A stretch of 64,000 bases of DNA. Source: Macrostomum lignano. Lineage: Eukaryota. Below the pieces are notes generated by a model. The model worked only from the letters and a program-made list of their open reading frames with translations, did not search any database and was not told where the DNA came from. The translations under genes and the position numbers were made by a program. Location: contig NIVC01000611.1 in NCBI GenBank assembly GCA_002269645.1, positions 159,124 through 223,123 of the forward strand, given 5' to 3'. Below, piece after piece: positions 36,070 to 62,600 of the stretch. Positions within the stretch are counted from its first letter, which is position 1. Every line of letters begins with the position of its first letter.

Positions 36070-37310
36070 GAGAAAGGGTGAGGGCTAGAGAGGAGGATGA
36101 GGCTAGCGGAGAGAAGAGGGTGAGGCTGCAGGGAAGGAGGGTAGGGCTAGAGGGTAGGAGGGTGGGGCTGGAGGGAAGGAGGGTGGGGCTAGAGGGTAGG
36201 AGGGTTGGGCTGGAGGGGAGAAGAGGGTGGAAGCTGGAGGGGAGGGTGGGGCTAGAGGGAAGGAGGGTGGGGCTGGAAGGTAGGATAGTGGAACTAGAGG
36301 CTAGGAAGGTGGGGCTAGAGGGTAGGAGGGTGAGGCTGGAGGGGAGAAGAGGTTGGAAACTGGGAGGGTGGGGCTAGAGGGTAGTAGGGTGGGGCTGGAG
36401 GGTAGGAGGGTGGGGCTGGAGGGGAGAAGAGGGTGGAAGCTGGAAGGGAGGGCGGGGCTAGAGGGAAGGAGGGTGAGGCTGTAGGGAAAGGGGTGGGCTA
36501 CAGAAGAGAAGAGGGTGGGGCTGGAGGGAAGGAGGGTGGGGCTGGAGGGGAGAAGAGGTTGGAAACTGGAGGGGAGGGTGGGGCTAGAAAGTAGGAGGGT
36601 GGGGCTGGAGGGTAGGAGGGTGGGGCTGGAGGGTAGGAGGGTGGGGCTGGAGGGTAGGAGGGTGGGGCTGGAGTGGAGAAGAGGGTGGAAGCTGGAAGGG
36701 AGGGCGGGGCTGGAGGGAAGGAGGGTGGGGCTGGAAGGTAGGATAGTGAAACTAGAGGCTAGGAAGGTGGGGCTAGAGGGTAGGAGGGTGGGGCTGGAGG
36801 GTAGGAGGGTGGGGCTGGAGTGGAGAAGAGGGTGGAAGCTGGAAGGGAGGGCGGGCTGGAGGGTAGGAGGGTGGGGCTGCAGGGGAGAAGAGGGTGGAAG
36901 CTGGGAGGGCAGGGCTTGAGGGTAGGAGGGTGGGGCTGGAGGGAAGGGGGTGGGGCTAGAGGGTAGGAGGGTGGGGCTGGAGGGAAGGAGGGTAGGGCTA
37001 GAGGGTAGGAGGGTGGGGCTGGAGGGAAGAAGGGTGGGGCTAGAGGGTAGAAGAGGGTGGAAGCTGGAGGGGAGGGTTAGGGCTAGAGGAAAGGGGTGGG
37101 GCTGGCTGGAGGGAAGGGGTGGGGCTAGAGGGAAGGGGTGGGGCTAGAGGGAAGGGGTGGGGCTGGAAAGAAGGGATGGGTCTAGAGGAGAGAAGAGGGT
37201 GGAAGCTGGAGGGGAGGGTGGGGCTAGAGGGAAGGAGGGTGGGGCTGGAGGGTAGGATAGTGGAACTAAAGGCTAGGAAGGTGGGGCTAGAGGGTACGAG
37301 GGTGAGATTA
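36070..37310. repeat. G/A-rich ~21-bp minisatellite, right-arm copy (about 1.2 kb)
   Basis: Reverse complement of the 27740-28420 array but about 550 bp longer. Confidence 0.9.
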
Positions 37311-40300
37311 TGAAAAAAGGGTAAGAATTTAATGGGAAAACATTGTGGGACTGGAGAGGAAGGTAATACTGAAGGGAAAAGAAGGTGAGGCTCTAAAGAA
37401 GAGAATATGGGCTAGAAAGAAAAAGGTAAGGTCTAGCATTAGAGGGAAAAAAGGTCACAACTAGAAGGATATCATGACTTTATATAGTGGCAATGAATAG
37501 TTATTAGTTAGTCTATAGTTGATTAGACTATGGCTAATTATTTCAAAAAGATTTTTATTCTAGGCATGCTTTATCTTATATAGTTATATTCCTACTTTTG
37601 ATTCCCATAAAACAATATTATTAAAACATTTTAATATAAAACATTATAAACATAGGCTAGGCTTAGGTCTTATAAATAGATAGGCCTAAGCTACTTAAAT
37701 TAAAGAAGAACCAAATGAATTTTAGATCCAAAGAAAAAAAGATTCTTATTATCATTAAAAAAACATATTCTAATATAGCATAAAGGCTTTATAACACAAA
37801 AGAAAAGAAGATACTTTAGACTTAGACCTACTAGTTGATAGTAGAAAATAATCAATGATTTGAAATAGAAGGCTTTGTATTACTATTAGGTTAAAACATA
37901 GCTAGGCCCTAGGTAGGTAGTTTTTATCTATTGCTATTAGATTTTAGAAGCCTAGAAAGCTTATTAAATATGCATTTTGCCTAGGCTAAACAAAAAATTG
38001 GATAGTTATGTAAATTTTAAATGATTCCAAAGTCTAAAGAGCAATAAATAAATCTGTAAAGTGTAAGCCTAACTAATTGGCAAGTGGTAAAATTTTATGT
38101 ATAGGCAGGCTTATTTTAATTTAGCTAGCTAAAATGCAATTTGAATTGTACACTTGTTTACCAATATCACCCGTGGCTTATAAAACCGGCTGGTGCATAC
38201 GTGCGCAAATGTATTAAATACAACGTAAAATAAAGCCAGAAATACATGCAGCGCTACACCGCTGCATTCATTACTGGGCTGCAAGGCCGTGTTTTCCGAG
38301 GATAGAATGGCCTCACGAGTGGGACACGGCTGGCGCAGCGAAGCTTCAAACTAAAAATCCACTATACTATCCACGACCACTAGCACTAGTATTATTAGTA
38401 TACTATTTAGTATATTTGGTATATACTAATAAAAATAAGTCAGTGCTTATATAATGCTACAATCGATATAGCTATTGCGCACTAGAGATGGTTTCCTAGA
38501 AAACGGAAATCCACCGTATTTTGTAACACGGTAACATGTTACGGCTCGATAGGCATCGGGAGTTTTTCATGTTATATTCCCGATGTTTTTGCAAAACAGG
38601 CCTGACCGCATTTAATGCGAACGACCGCATTAAAAGGTCGTTCTTTTCTTTGACATCTAATGCTTATTTAGTTGAATTAATTATTTTAATATGATACATT
38701 TAAATACCGAAAAAATGAAAAACGCTACAAAAATTATAGTAAGAATCAATTGTCTTGATGAAGCATGGGATCAATCAAGATTTTGAATATTTCTGTGAAC
38801 AAATAGGCTTACTTTGATGAACTTTATTTCATGGAAAATGACTATGCTTAATTTCTAGTTTTCCGTTGAAATTTAAGTCTATTCATTTCTAGTACATGCG
38901 CGCTCGTGTGGTGTCTCGATTGAGAGACATGTTACATGTAACTATACCACATTTATTCTATATTAGTTTGGACTTTTAATTTATATGCATATATGCATTT
39001 ACACGTATACACAACGCATTTTTTCCCTTACATCCACAGTTTCACTGAAAGACTCGAAGAATTTAGTGTGATTTTCTGAATCAGTCGTTCGTTTTTTGGC
39101 TATACATGTACATGCATGTACACGGTACGTTGCATGCAAGGACCACTGAAGTAGACAGTGGTCCTCTACAGTGGTGCTTGGTTGCATGTGCATGTCTTGG
39201 ACAACTGGAGTAAATTATCTTTTAGAAATGAGCTAAAAGCCGGTTAAGGAACGTACACTGTATTCGTATTATTGCTATAGTGCATTTTAGTAAGCTAGCT
39301 GTCAAGAAATCGGCCGGATTCTTCTAGCGCGAACATTTTGATCGTTTCACCTGACGTTTTTGTCAGTGGGAAAATCCCCATTAAGCTCTCTACAATTCTC
39401 TAGCATACGAAATTCACTATAGTGATACGACAAATAATTCACACGTCCCTAACCGGCTTCCAGCTCATTTCAGAGAAAATCCAGTAGTGTATACATGCAT
39501 GTCGCGTCCTTCTAAAATGTACTTTTCAGGTTTCCATACGGTACATGTACACATGTAACCTATATACAGTTATACTGTATTTATTCCACAGTGGTCTTTG
39601 TGTGAGAATTTAGCTGCACACCCAGTAAGTGCGAATTTTATAGCTTCAACTGTATTGTGCAGTGTGTGGGCAAGCGAGCACAAAGCAGCGTACAGTCGTA
39701 CACTATAGAATTTCCTCATGGAATCAAAATTAGACGGAAAATTAAAAAACCACCATGTGGTTTCGGCTTAAATTGTACATTCATTCCATTATACACTGCA
39801 ACATGGCCCGGTACCGACAAATTAATACTGTACACTTTGCAAGTGCTTAAATGTACATTTCCTTTATCAGATCATTATTATTTCATGTTGAAAAGTACAG
39901 CCTTTCTGCTTCACTCAGGCACTGCCCTCTCCAGAGGCATCCTTCAAGTCTTGACCTTCTCTTACCTTTTTAGCGCACCACGGACACACGGGAACAATGC
40001 GGGACGTCCTTTCTCAACCGGATAGTTTGGGTGGCGCGCAGGCGCGTCCGCCTTTGCAGGCATCGCTACGAAGCTACGCAGCAGGAGGTGGGTTTTGTTC
40101 TGCGGGTAGGGGGCGGAACGGTCTGTGAGAACTCCGCACTGACTGACCGAGAAGAAAGACTGTCCCAGCCCCGCGCGACCCTGAGCTCTCCTGAACTGCA
40201 CAGCACCATCCTCAATTCCCTTCTCTGCCTTCTTTTTCCCGGCTCCCCTCTAATCCATTCAGACGTCTTTCTGTCTCTCGACGCGCAAACCATGCGTCTA

Positions 40301-41388
40301 TCCGTGACATTCACTCCTGCCTGCCCGCGTCTCCATTCTCGCAAAAATTATATTCCCCTCCATATACTGCTGCTCCCTGTCCAGTTCCCACACACCAAAG
40401 CTGGCGGAGAAGCCGGTGCAAAGTTTGGCTCTAGAGTGCAGTGTAAGCAACTGTGCAACCAACTCGCGCAAACTAGCTTGCGCTTATACCACTCACTCCT
40501 CTCTCTTTCTACAGCCGTATGTGCCAGTTCTCAGTCCTCGCTATAAACCATACACTTTCTAGCACATTTATTTCCCAAGCTGACCGAGTAAAATCCCCAA
40601 GGGGATCGCCAGCACAACGTTATTACTAAGAAGGCGCTGTTACCTTTCTGCTGGCTGTGGCTGAGGAAATCCCGGAGAGACATTCTATAAAAGCAATCCG
40701 AGAAGAAAAAGGAACAGCAGAAGACTGAGACGCAGGAGGCCGAGGTTCCGTGGGAGGGAGACGGCGGGCTCCTCAGTGGGAAAGGATACGTGGAGGAAAA
40801 GTGAGTCCGGAGGGAGTAGAGGCTTGGCGTTGCAGCTGCCTGATCCCTTCTCTCCCTATTCGCGCCTCCAAATCTCGCTTTCATCTCCTCTTCCATTATG
40901 TCTCCTGAGAGCGACCCCCTCGGTCTAAATCCTTTTTCCTGCTTCTCCCCTTTGGCAGACGGATTTTCTGACACCCTATTGCTTCTCATTTTCGCTATAT
41001 TCTCGAGCTAACAAGGAATCTCTGAAGATTATCCACACATTTATCCTCTTACCCACCCCACTAGCTTTTTTCCCGTCTCCCTTTCTTTCCTGCCTAGACT
41101 GCACTTCTCCACCCTTCATTTTTTGCTTCCTCTACCCCCCGCTTATATCTGCTGTCCAATCCTTCATCGGCTCGGTCCTATAGGCAGAAGGGGGAAGAAA
41201 GGATAGAATTACCCCGCGGCCGATTCAAAACCTGGACCGTCACTAAGAAGCCCCCCATCCGGGAGGAGAGAGAAAAGAGAAGCAGCTTAGAACAGGACCT
41301 GGCAGGAAACCCGACAGGAATTGCTAATTGATAGTCGGCTCGTGTCTGTTATCCAACTAATTTTTGCCCGAATTTCCAAGACAGGTGC

Positions 41389-55512
<14,124 letters not shown>

Positions 55513-56984
55513 CAAAGACACGAGCTGCGGTTAAAAATTCTTTGCTTTTTGTCTTTTTTCTGTCTTTTTTTAACTTTCTGATACATTAAAGATATGCATG
55601 CGGAATTTTTTATGATGTCACTTCAACCCAGATCGAGTTCAGTACGTAAATATAACTTTTAACAGTTGGATTCATACAGATATTTTCCCGTCAGTATGTC
55701 GATCCCACGCAGCTATCGACGTCGCTGGAAAAATGTACTTTTAGATTGCAGCGAAGTTTTGCCGACGCATTGCCGTCATCATCCTTTCGAACAATGTAAA
55801 AAAACGATTTATATTTACCAGCAACGTCAATCATCGTAGGTTACCTCGGCGGATGTCATAATGTTGCACTGGAATTTGCGCCTGCCCAAATTGTCACGTG
55901 TTTTATTCTTTGTCTTTTTTTGGAGTTTTTTAAGCTACGTTTAACTTAACTTTTTAAATAAAATTATAATATTGAAGCTAATTTCATGCAATGTTTGCGA
56001 TTTTAGTTTCATTCATGTAGATTCAGAAGGTTTCACTGGTCTTCAGGATTTTCATCCGAATGTGTTATTACTGGCTACTTTTTCCAATTTGCACACGCAC
56101 AATTCAATGATAGTATACGAGCTGTATAAATGTCGATTTTTATATTCGGATTTATTTATCTGACATTTTGTAACTGCTCGAAATGTTGACACGATTTTTT
56201 AATGCGCGGATATTTTGAAAATCAGTTCTAAAAATTAGGCATAGCGACTTGCGCCGTCAGTACAAATTATGGTAGTTTAATGTTTAATCGTTTATACTTA
56301 AAATTTTATTTTCAAAATCATCAAGTCTCGCCTTTCGTTTTTAAGTATAGGGTTGAATCGTTTTGAACGGCTTGCTTGCTTAAAAAGGAACTCCTACGCT
56401 TTAGTTGAGATCAAATCATAGCTGTACCGCCACAATTTGAAGAAAACCTCTAACTGACACGCAGTGAAGCTGTCTTGCATTCCTTACTATCTGTCTCCAC
56501 TAGTAAGACTAAAGTCATCGAATGTATTTGATACCTGTTAGCCCCGATAACAGGCACGCAGTGTTCAGCAGCTCACCGCAACTGTGAATTAATAAATAAA
56601 TAAAAGCACCAAGCTGCCGACCAGCGAATTCTGTCGCTGCAACATCAGTGACTGGTTCTGCAAATAAATATTATTTCGAGCTACTTTTGGACTCGATCAT
56701 TATTCAGCCAAGACTTGAGGTTTCCAGTTTTAGTTGAAAGTTAAAGTGCCAGGTGTGCACAGTTTCTTTATTTATATTTTAGTCACCTTAGAAAAACTAC
56801 ACGATCGATAAATTAAAGAGCCAGAGATATCACGTGATCAATAATACATTATACAGATTATTTATCAACTACTATACTGAAAGTAGCAGTATAAGTAAAA
56901 GACAAGAATAATATTAGTATAGTTAGCAATTACGTTGTACCATAATTATACGAGCTAGTAGAAACATCAGCGTAACAATATTAT

Positions 56985-58941
56985 CATCAAGTTGACCCTT
57001 TAAGTTACGACACAACATCTTACTCCTATCCAATTGAAATCACCAGCCGTAGCGCTGCAGAGGACGTCGCGGACGAGTGGACCGTCGCAGAGCCCGAGCC
57101 GGTGGTCCATCGGCTGGACCAGGAGTCGGTGTTCGAGCCTTTCCTCCTCCGTCTTGCGTTGCCCACTCTTGGACATCCACGAGAGGATCAAACTCGCCAG
57201 CCGCAGATGCCTTGTAGTTTAGTCGCAGAGATGTCGGCACCAGCGCTTGCTGGTTCCAGGTGCTGCCGTCCGCCAGTCGACAGGCCGCCTTGACGATCTG
57301 CAGCGGCGCAGAGAGCCGGCTGCCGAGCTTGCCAGGTCGTGTTGGCCGGCGGATCCGGACCCAGTCACCGGTGCGTAATGTCGGCTGCCGGGCTCCACGC
57401 CGTTGGTCGGTGTACGCTGAAGTCCGCTGTTGACGCTGCTGAATACGTTCGGCGATATCAGACTGCGCAGCAGTGCCCTTCTTGACCGGAGCGAGTAGAG
57501 ACATGGGCGTGCGCCAACGGCGACCCAACATCAGTTCGGCCGGGCTCTTGACAGTCAGGGCGTGCGGCGTGCTGCGGTAGCTCTCGAGAAACTGCAACAG
57601 CGCGTCCTGCATCGGCACGTTGACGGCTCTAGACGCTCGAATGCTGTCCATCAGGGACCGTTTGAGCCGCTTGGTTTGACCGTTGGTGCTCGGACCGTAC
57701 AGACAAGTCTTTAGGTGTTGGATGCCCCGCTCTTGAAGGAACCCGGTAAAGGCGTCGCCGAACTGAGGTCCGTTGTCGGCAAGGACCTTCTCGCAGAGGC
57801 CCCAGCGTGCGAACAGGTTGCGTAGCACCTTACAGACCGTGTCGGTGGTGATGCTTGAAGTCGCGAAGACCTCCAGCCCCTTGCTGTGCAGATCCGTGAT
57901 GACCAGTAGGAATCGTGACGACGCCGGCGCTGCCTGCAGTTCACCCACGATGTCGATGGCGATCTCTGTCTAGTGGCACTGGCAGGGGCTGCAGCGGAGC
58001 CGATCGCAGCTTGAAATTTTTCTCCACAGTCTCGCAGGCGCCGCAGTCTCTGACGAACGTCTCGACGTCGGCGTCCATCCTCGGCCACAAGGTGAACTCG
58101 CGAAGCTGCTGCTTGGTACGCACCGCCCTCGGATGTCCCGCATGCGCGGACTTCAGAAGCTCACGCCGCAGGTCCTGTGGGATGACGGCGCGGTCTTGGA
58201 AGGCCAGACAGGAGCCGTCTTGCCAGGTGCTAAAATGCTCTCGGACTTTTAAGTACGGCTGCAACTCCGTGTCCTTGGCCAAACTCCAGTTGCCGGTGGG
58301 AACTCGCTGAATGACTTCGCGCAGGATCGTGTCCTCTGCTTTGGCCGTCGCTAGCCGCTGTGGCGTGACGATTCGGAGTCGAGGCATTGCGGTGTCTGGC
58401 AATTGGATGATGTTCATGTCGGACCCGCAGCTCCACCTGGACAGCATGTCGGCCACCAAGTTGCGACTCCCCGGGAGGTAGCGCGCATGAAATTCGTACT
58501 GCTGAAATCGGTCACACATCGGTGAATGCGCAGCAGATTGCCGCTTTAAGCGCCTGGAAGGCTCGCTCGCATTCAGCTGTCCATTTGAACTCGGCATCGC
58601 CCTTGAGCAGAGGCCTCAGCGGCGTTGTGACCTCGGCAAAGTGGGGCACGAACCGCATCAGATAGTTTGCCGATCCAAGGAACGCCTGCAGCTCCTTGCT
58701 CGTCGGCGCGCGCAGCTCATTGAAAGCCTTGGTTTGAGACTCGGACGGCCGGATGCCCTCCGCCGAGAAGACAAAGCCGAAGAACTCTAATCTCGGTCTG
58801 CCGTAGCTCGCACTTGTCCTTGTTGGCGGTGAGGCCGGCGTCCTCCAGTCGCTTCAGCAGAGCTCGCAGCATCGAGTCATATTCGGCCTCAGTTGCTCCG
58901 AAGACATCCAGTCAGTTGACCCATCAAGTTACGACACAACA
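56985..58941 (-). mobile_element. Ty3/Gypsy LTR retrotransposon remnant: 5' LTR stub, end of RT, partial RNase H, integrase, PPT and start of the 3' LTR
   Basis: Minus-strand motifs: KELQAFLGSANYLMRFVPHFAEVTTPLR, YLPGSRNLVADMLSR, AHAGHP…LWPRMDADVETFVRDCGAC, EIAIDIVG, LADNGPQF, YRSTPHA…SPAELMLGR. Purine tract GGATAGGAGTAAGA (57031-57018) followed by TGTTGTGTCGTAACT, which also opens the element at 58941. The far end of the 3' LTR was not located. Confidence 0.88.
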
Positions 58942-59643
58942 AAAAGTATCTAATTAATTGAATGGGTAGATTCCAAGTGAACAGTGACAGACAATACAAA
59001 AAACAAGCACACTGACACACGCGTATTAATGGGTGCATTGAGAACAAATTACCAACAAGATCAAGCCACAAACAAGTCTCTAAAGTGGTATAATGTTCAT
59101 AAATTTGTTCCTGACATCAGCTGATTCATTTCGTGCAAATGTCATGGCTGCTACCAGTATAGTTCAGGGCTAAGCGATTTTCTTTGACAATTATTTCTTT
59201 AAATCAAAATCTTTTTTAAATTTCAAGGCAATTGTTTCTGCGCAGTGAAAGAAGTGTCTTGTGATCCATTGATAACCTTTTTCCAGTCTTACCGCGCTTA
59301 AATTTGTGTGAAAAATGAGACTGGCTCCGATAGCTAACGAAATTCAAATTTTATGCTGTTGTTGTTAATGCCAATTGAGTTTGCGTCATCGGCGCTGTCA
59401 GACTAAATACCACTGAGTCACGCAATTAAAAAACGTATATGGTTTTTACTACCACACTCAGTTCCAAACCATAGGAGCCGTCGCAACGAATATAACCCAA
59501 AAATTATTTTCGGAGAGGCCAGAAATAAAATTTCAATTCTTTTCTGAATTTTCAAACTCATATTTTAAACGACGAATGCAGTAAATTTACTGCAAATTGT
59601 AATGGCAAGTTGGGGTGAGTGTGCTTGTAGCATTCATATAATA

Positions 59644-62600
59644 ATGGGCCGTTGTTACGGTCGAAAAGTAGTTTAAACCAAACAAAATAATTGGTCATTT
59701 TTAGCGCCCTGGAAATTCTTCGTAGTCCTGGTTGCCACTCAGGTGTGCTTGGGCAGCGGTGAAGTTAGCAGTAAGTTACACGTGAATATTTTTAAACGTC
59801 ACAATCTTTAGCTTATTTTTTGTGACAGAAGGCACTGTAGCTGTAGGCTTTACTATAAGACTTCTTTATTATGGCAAACAGTTTTAAGACACAATAATAC
59901 GTGTGCATGCACTTGTTCTTGAGTTGATTGCCACATTGTTATCATAGATATAGCGTCATTGTTAGCAAAACCCGGGAACCGTAGTGTTACAAACGCATCA
60001 AGGTACAAACAATCTAGTAAAAATTCAACTAACTTAACTCGAGAAGGTACGAGAGAGGCATGAGAAAGAGTCCGCCGAGATTTTCCTGCAGGAGATTTGC
60101 CAGTCAGCTCTGAATATCTACATGTAAGGGTTGTTACAGAGTGTTGCTCATGCAGGAGCGTCATCTACCCAGATAGTATTCCGTGTTTGAACGTGGCATC
60201 CATGAATATGTTGTTATACAAGTGTATTGTTGCGCTGCTGGCGCAAAATCTATCAAGTTGTTCTCACTTTTGTTTCAGATTGTCCAATATTTCAACTTCT
60301 AAATGTTAGCACTCATGGTGCCATTGAAAGCCACTCGAACACTGATGATTACCTGAGCAGTTTGGCCTGCACCTGGCAGATCAACGCTCCTAGAGGCAAG
60401 AAAATTGCGGCCTGGTTCGATTTTGTTCATCTCAGTCCAGGAAATTATTCGTCCGTGACCGTAATCGACGGAGAGAAAGGGTCGCGAGCGATTGGCAGAG
60501 TCGATGGGCGTGACGGTCGACACTTCTTGTCGCCAAAGTACATCTCTACTGGAAACGTTTTGTTAATCTATTTTCAAAATCCTGAAAGTAAATTCAATAG
60601 CGGTTTTCGACTTCACTACGAGGTTTCGGAAAGCCGTAAGTTTGCTAACTTGGTTTGATCTGTTAGAGATCACCGGACAAAAGCTATTGGTCAAAACCTC
60701 TGGAAAAATGCTGTTAGAGCCTTGGGTTTGCTCATCTCCACTAAATTCCGCTCCTCCTGTGGATAGACAGCCTGTCCTGAAAAATCCTAACTGCTGATGT
60801 TTTTAGTGTATTAGGCGGAAGGGGATATGACTGGGTCAAAAATACTCTGTAGTACAGTTACTGCTTGCACCAATATTTATGGAGGGGTTTGCAGGATCTC
60901 CGAGGCTCTGGTGTCAGTCGCAGCAGTCTACTCCAAGAGGCAAGCGGACTGCTCGAACTTTTGCACAATCTCGGAAAACAGTGGCGAAATCGCGAGCCAC
61001 TCCAACGGCTGCAGCCGCCAGCGCTACGGCAATAATTTGGTGTGCAGCTGGCGGATAGCTGTAGCCCGGGGCAAGAGGGTGATGGCCTGGTTTGCTTACG
61101 TCGACCTAGAAGAAGCTTTTGACTGGGTCGCCCTGCTGGACGGTGACGGCGACAGTAAGTCAGGGCTGGTCGTGAAAGTCAGCAAATCTGCAGCTGCCAG
61201 ATTCCAGTCGCCGATTTACGTTTCAACCGGTAGCAAAATGCTGGTAAAGTTCAAATCCGACTCCAGCGTTTCAGGGTATGGATTCCGGATGCACTTCAAA
61301 ACTACCGAGAGTAGTGAGTACAATTAAAAAATTTTAATCGAGAAAATATGCTTGTCTCTTGACGCTAGTTCAATAGACCCTGGAAAGACGGGACAGGCGG
61401 TTCCAAAAATATTGATAAGCTATTTGACTGATTGACACAAGCAGGTTTTCATAGCTCTGTTTGCTTTTTAATCAAACAGCAAGGCAATTCTTGGTGCTCT
61501 TTGTTTATTTTTATCAGCTTCAAACGGCTCGTGCCTGGAAAAGTCGTGGCTGGATGCAGGGCAGACAAGTGGCGTGATCTACAGCCACGGCCAAGTGGAC
61601 ACCGCTCCTTATTCACCCAATATGAGCTGCTCCTGGACTCTGCCAGTAGTTTCGGATAGGTATATTCACCTGCTCGTGTTTAATCTGTCGATCGGATCGG
61701 GTGATGTGCTGAGTATGTACGGCCGCTGGAATGGAAGTTCATACAAGAGTTTAGACTTTCCCGGTTGGACTGCAAAGCGCGTACTTCAACTGTTCTCAAC
61801 TGAGACGGTTAAAATTGACTTCAAGTCCGATGGCCTATTGGAGTCTACTGGTTTCGTCATACACTACCGATACGATGAGTGTAAGCGACTGCAAGGTCAA
61901 ACTTGAGCCTTTAAATTTTGTTATTCTCTGAGTACCCTGCTGACTTGTCCTGAATCAAATTGACAGACTGTACCAGCAACAAGAGACTGACAGCTCCCAG
62001 TGGCCAAATTGAAGTTCATAGTGGAATCGGTTTCATTAAGCATGATTCAAGACGCCATCATCAAGACTGCAGGTGGACCATTGACCAGGCTGAAGGCAAC
62101 CGCATCGCTATTCAGTTTGCAGAAATCAGTGTAGCCCCATGGTATTTTTTCATAACAGTACTGAATGCGTCAGGACATCAAGTGCTTTATCTGGACAATT
62201 CATCCAACTTGACTGATATTTTGCATCGGAAAATCCATATAAATTCGAACCTAGTTGTCGTTGAATTCGTTTCTAACGACACTGATAGCACAGAAGCTGG
62301 CTTTAGACTTCTTTATAAAACGTCTGATCACTGTAAGATGTCATTAAATTTCTTTTGTTTTGTGTTGTTAAACATCGTAAAATAATGCACAGATTCTATT
62401 TCGCTTCCGTTTCAGTTTGCCACAACTTTCAAAATTTAACTGTTAAAAGTGATGGCGAAATTGAAAGCCACGCAGGTGCTGGAGCTACACGTCACCGACA
62501 CAATGCAACATGCACGTGGCAAATCAACGCCCCAGTAGGCAAGAGAATCGCAGCCTGGTTTGTTTACGTAGACCTCGAGAAAACCTACGATACGGTCACT

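Larger units (their letters stand above)
33018..38334 (-). repeat. Right arm of the large inverted duplication (about 5.3 kb)
   Basis: Reverse complement of 26724-31710, differing in minisatellite lengths, a 7-bp duplication and a few substitutions. Confidence 0.97.

Noticed and set aside
26724-38334. Palindrome as a pure assembly artefact
   Set aside because: Arms differ by biologically patterned changes (CpG transitions, a 7-bp duplication, array length changes) and there is a unique 1.3-kb spacer. Not fully excluded without spanning reads.
39657-41360. Several 100-170-aa ORFs upstream of the GPCR start
   Set aside because: No domain similarity, overlapping on both strands, CT-rich; more consistent with promoter/5' UTR sequence.
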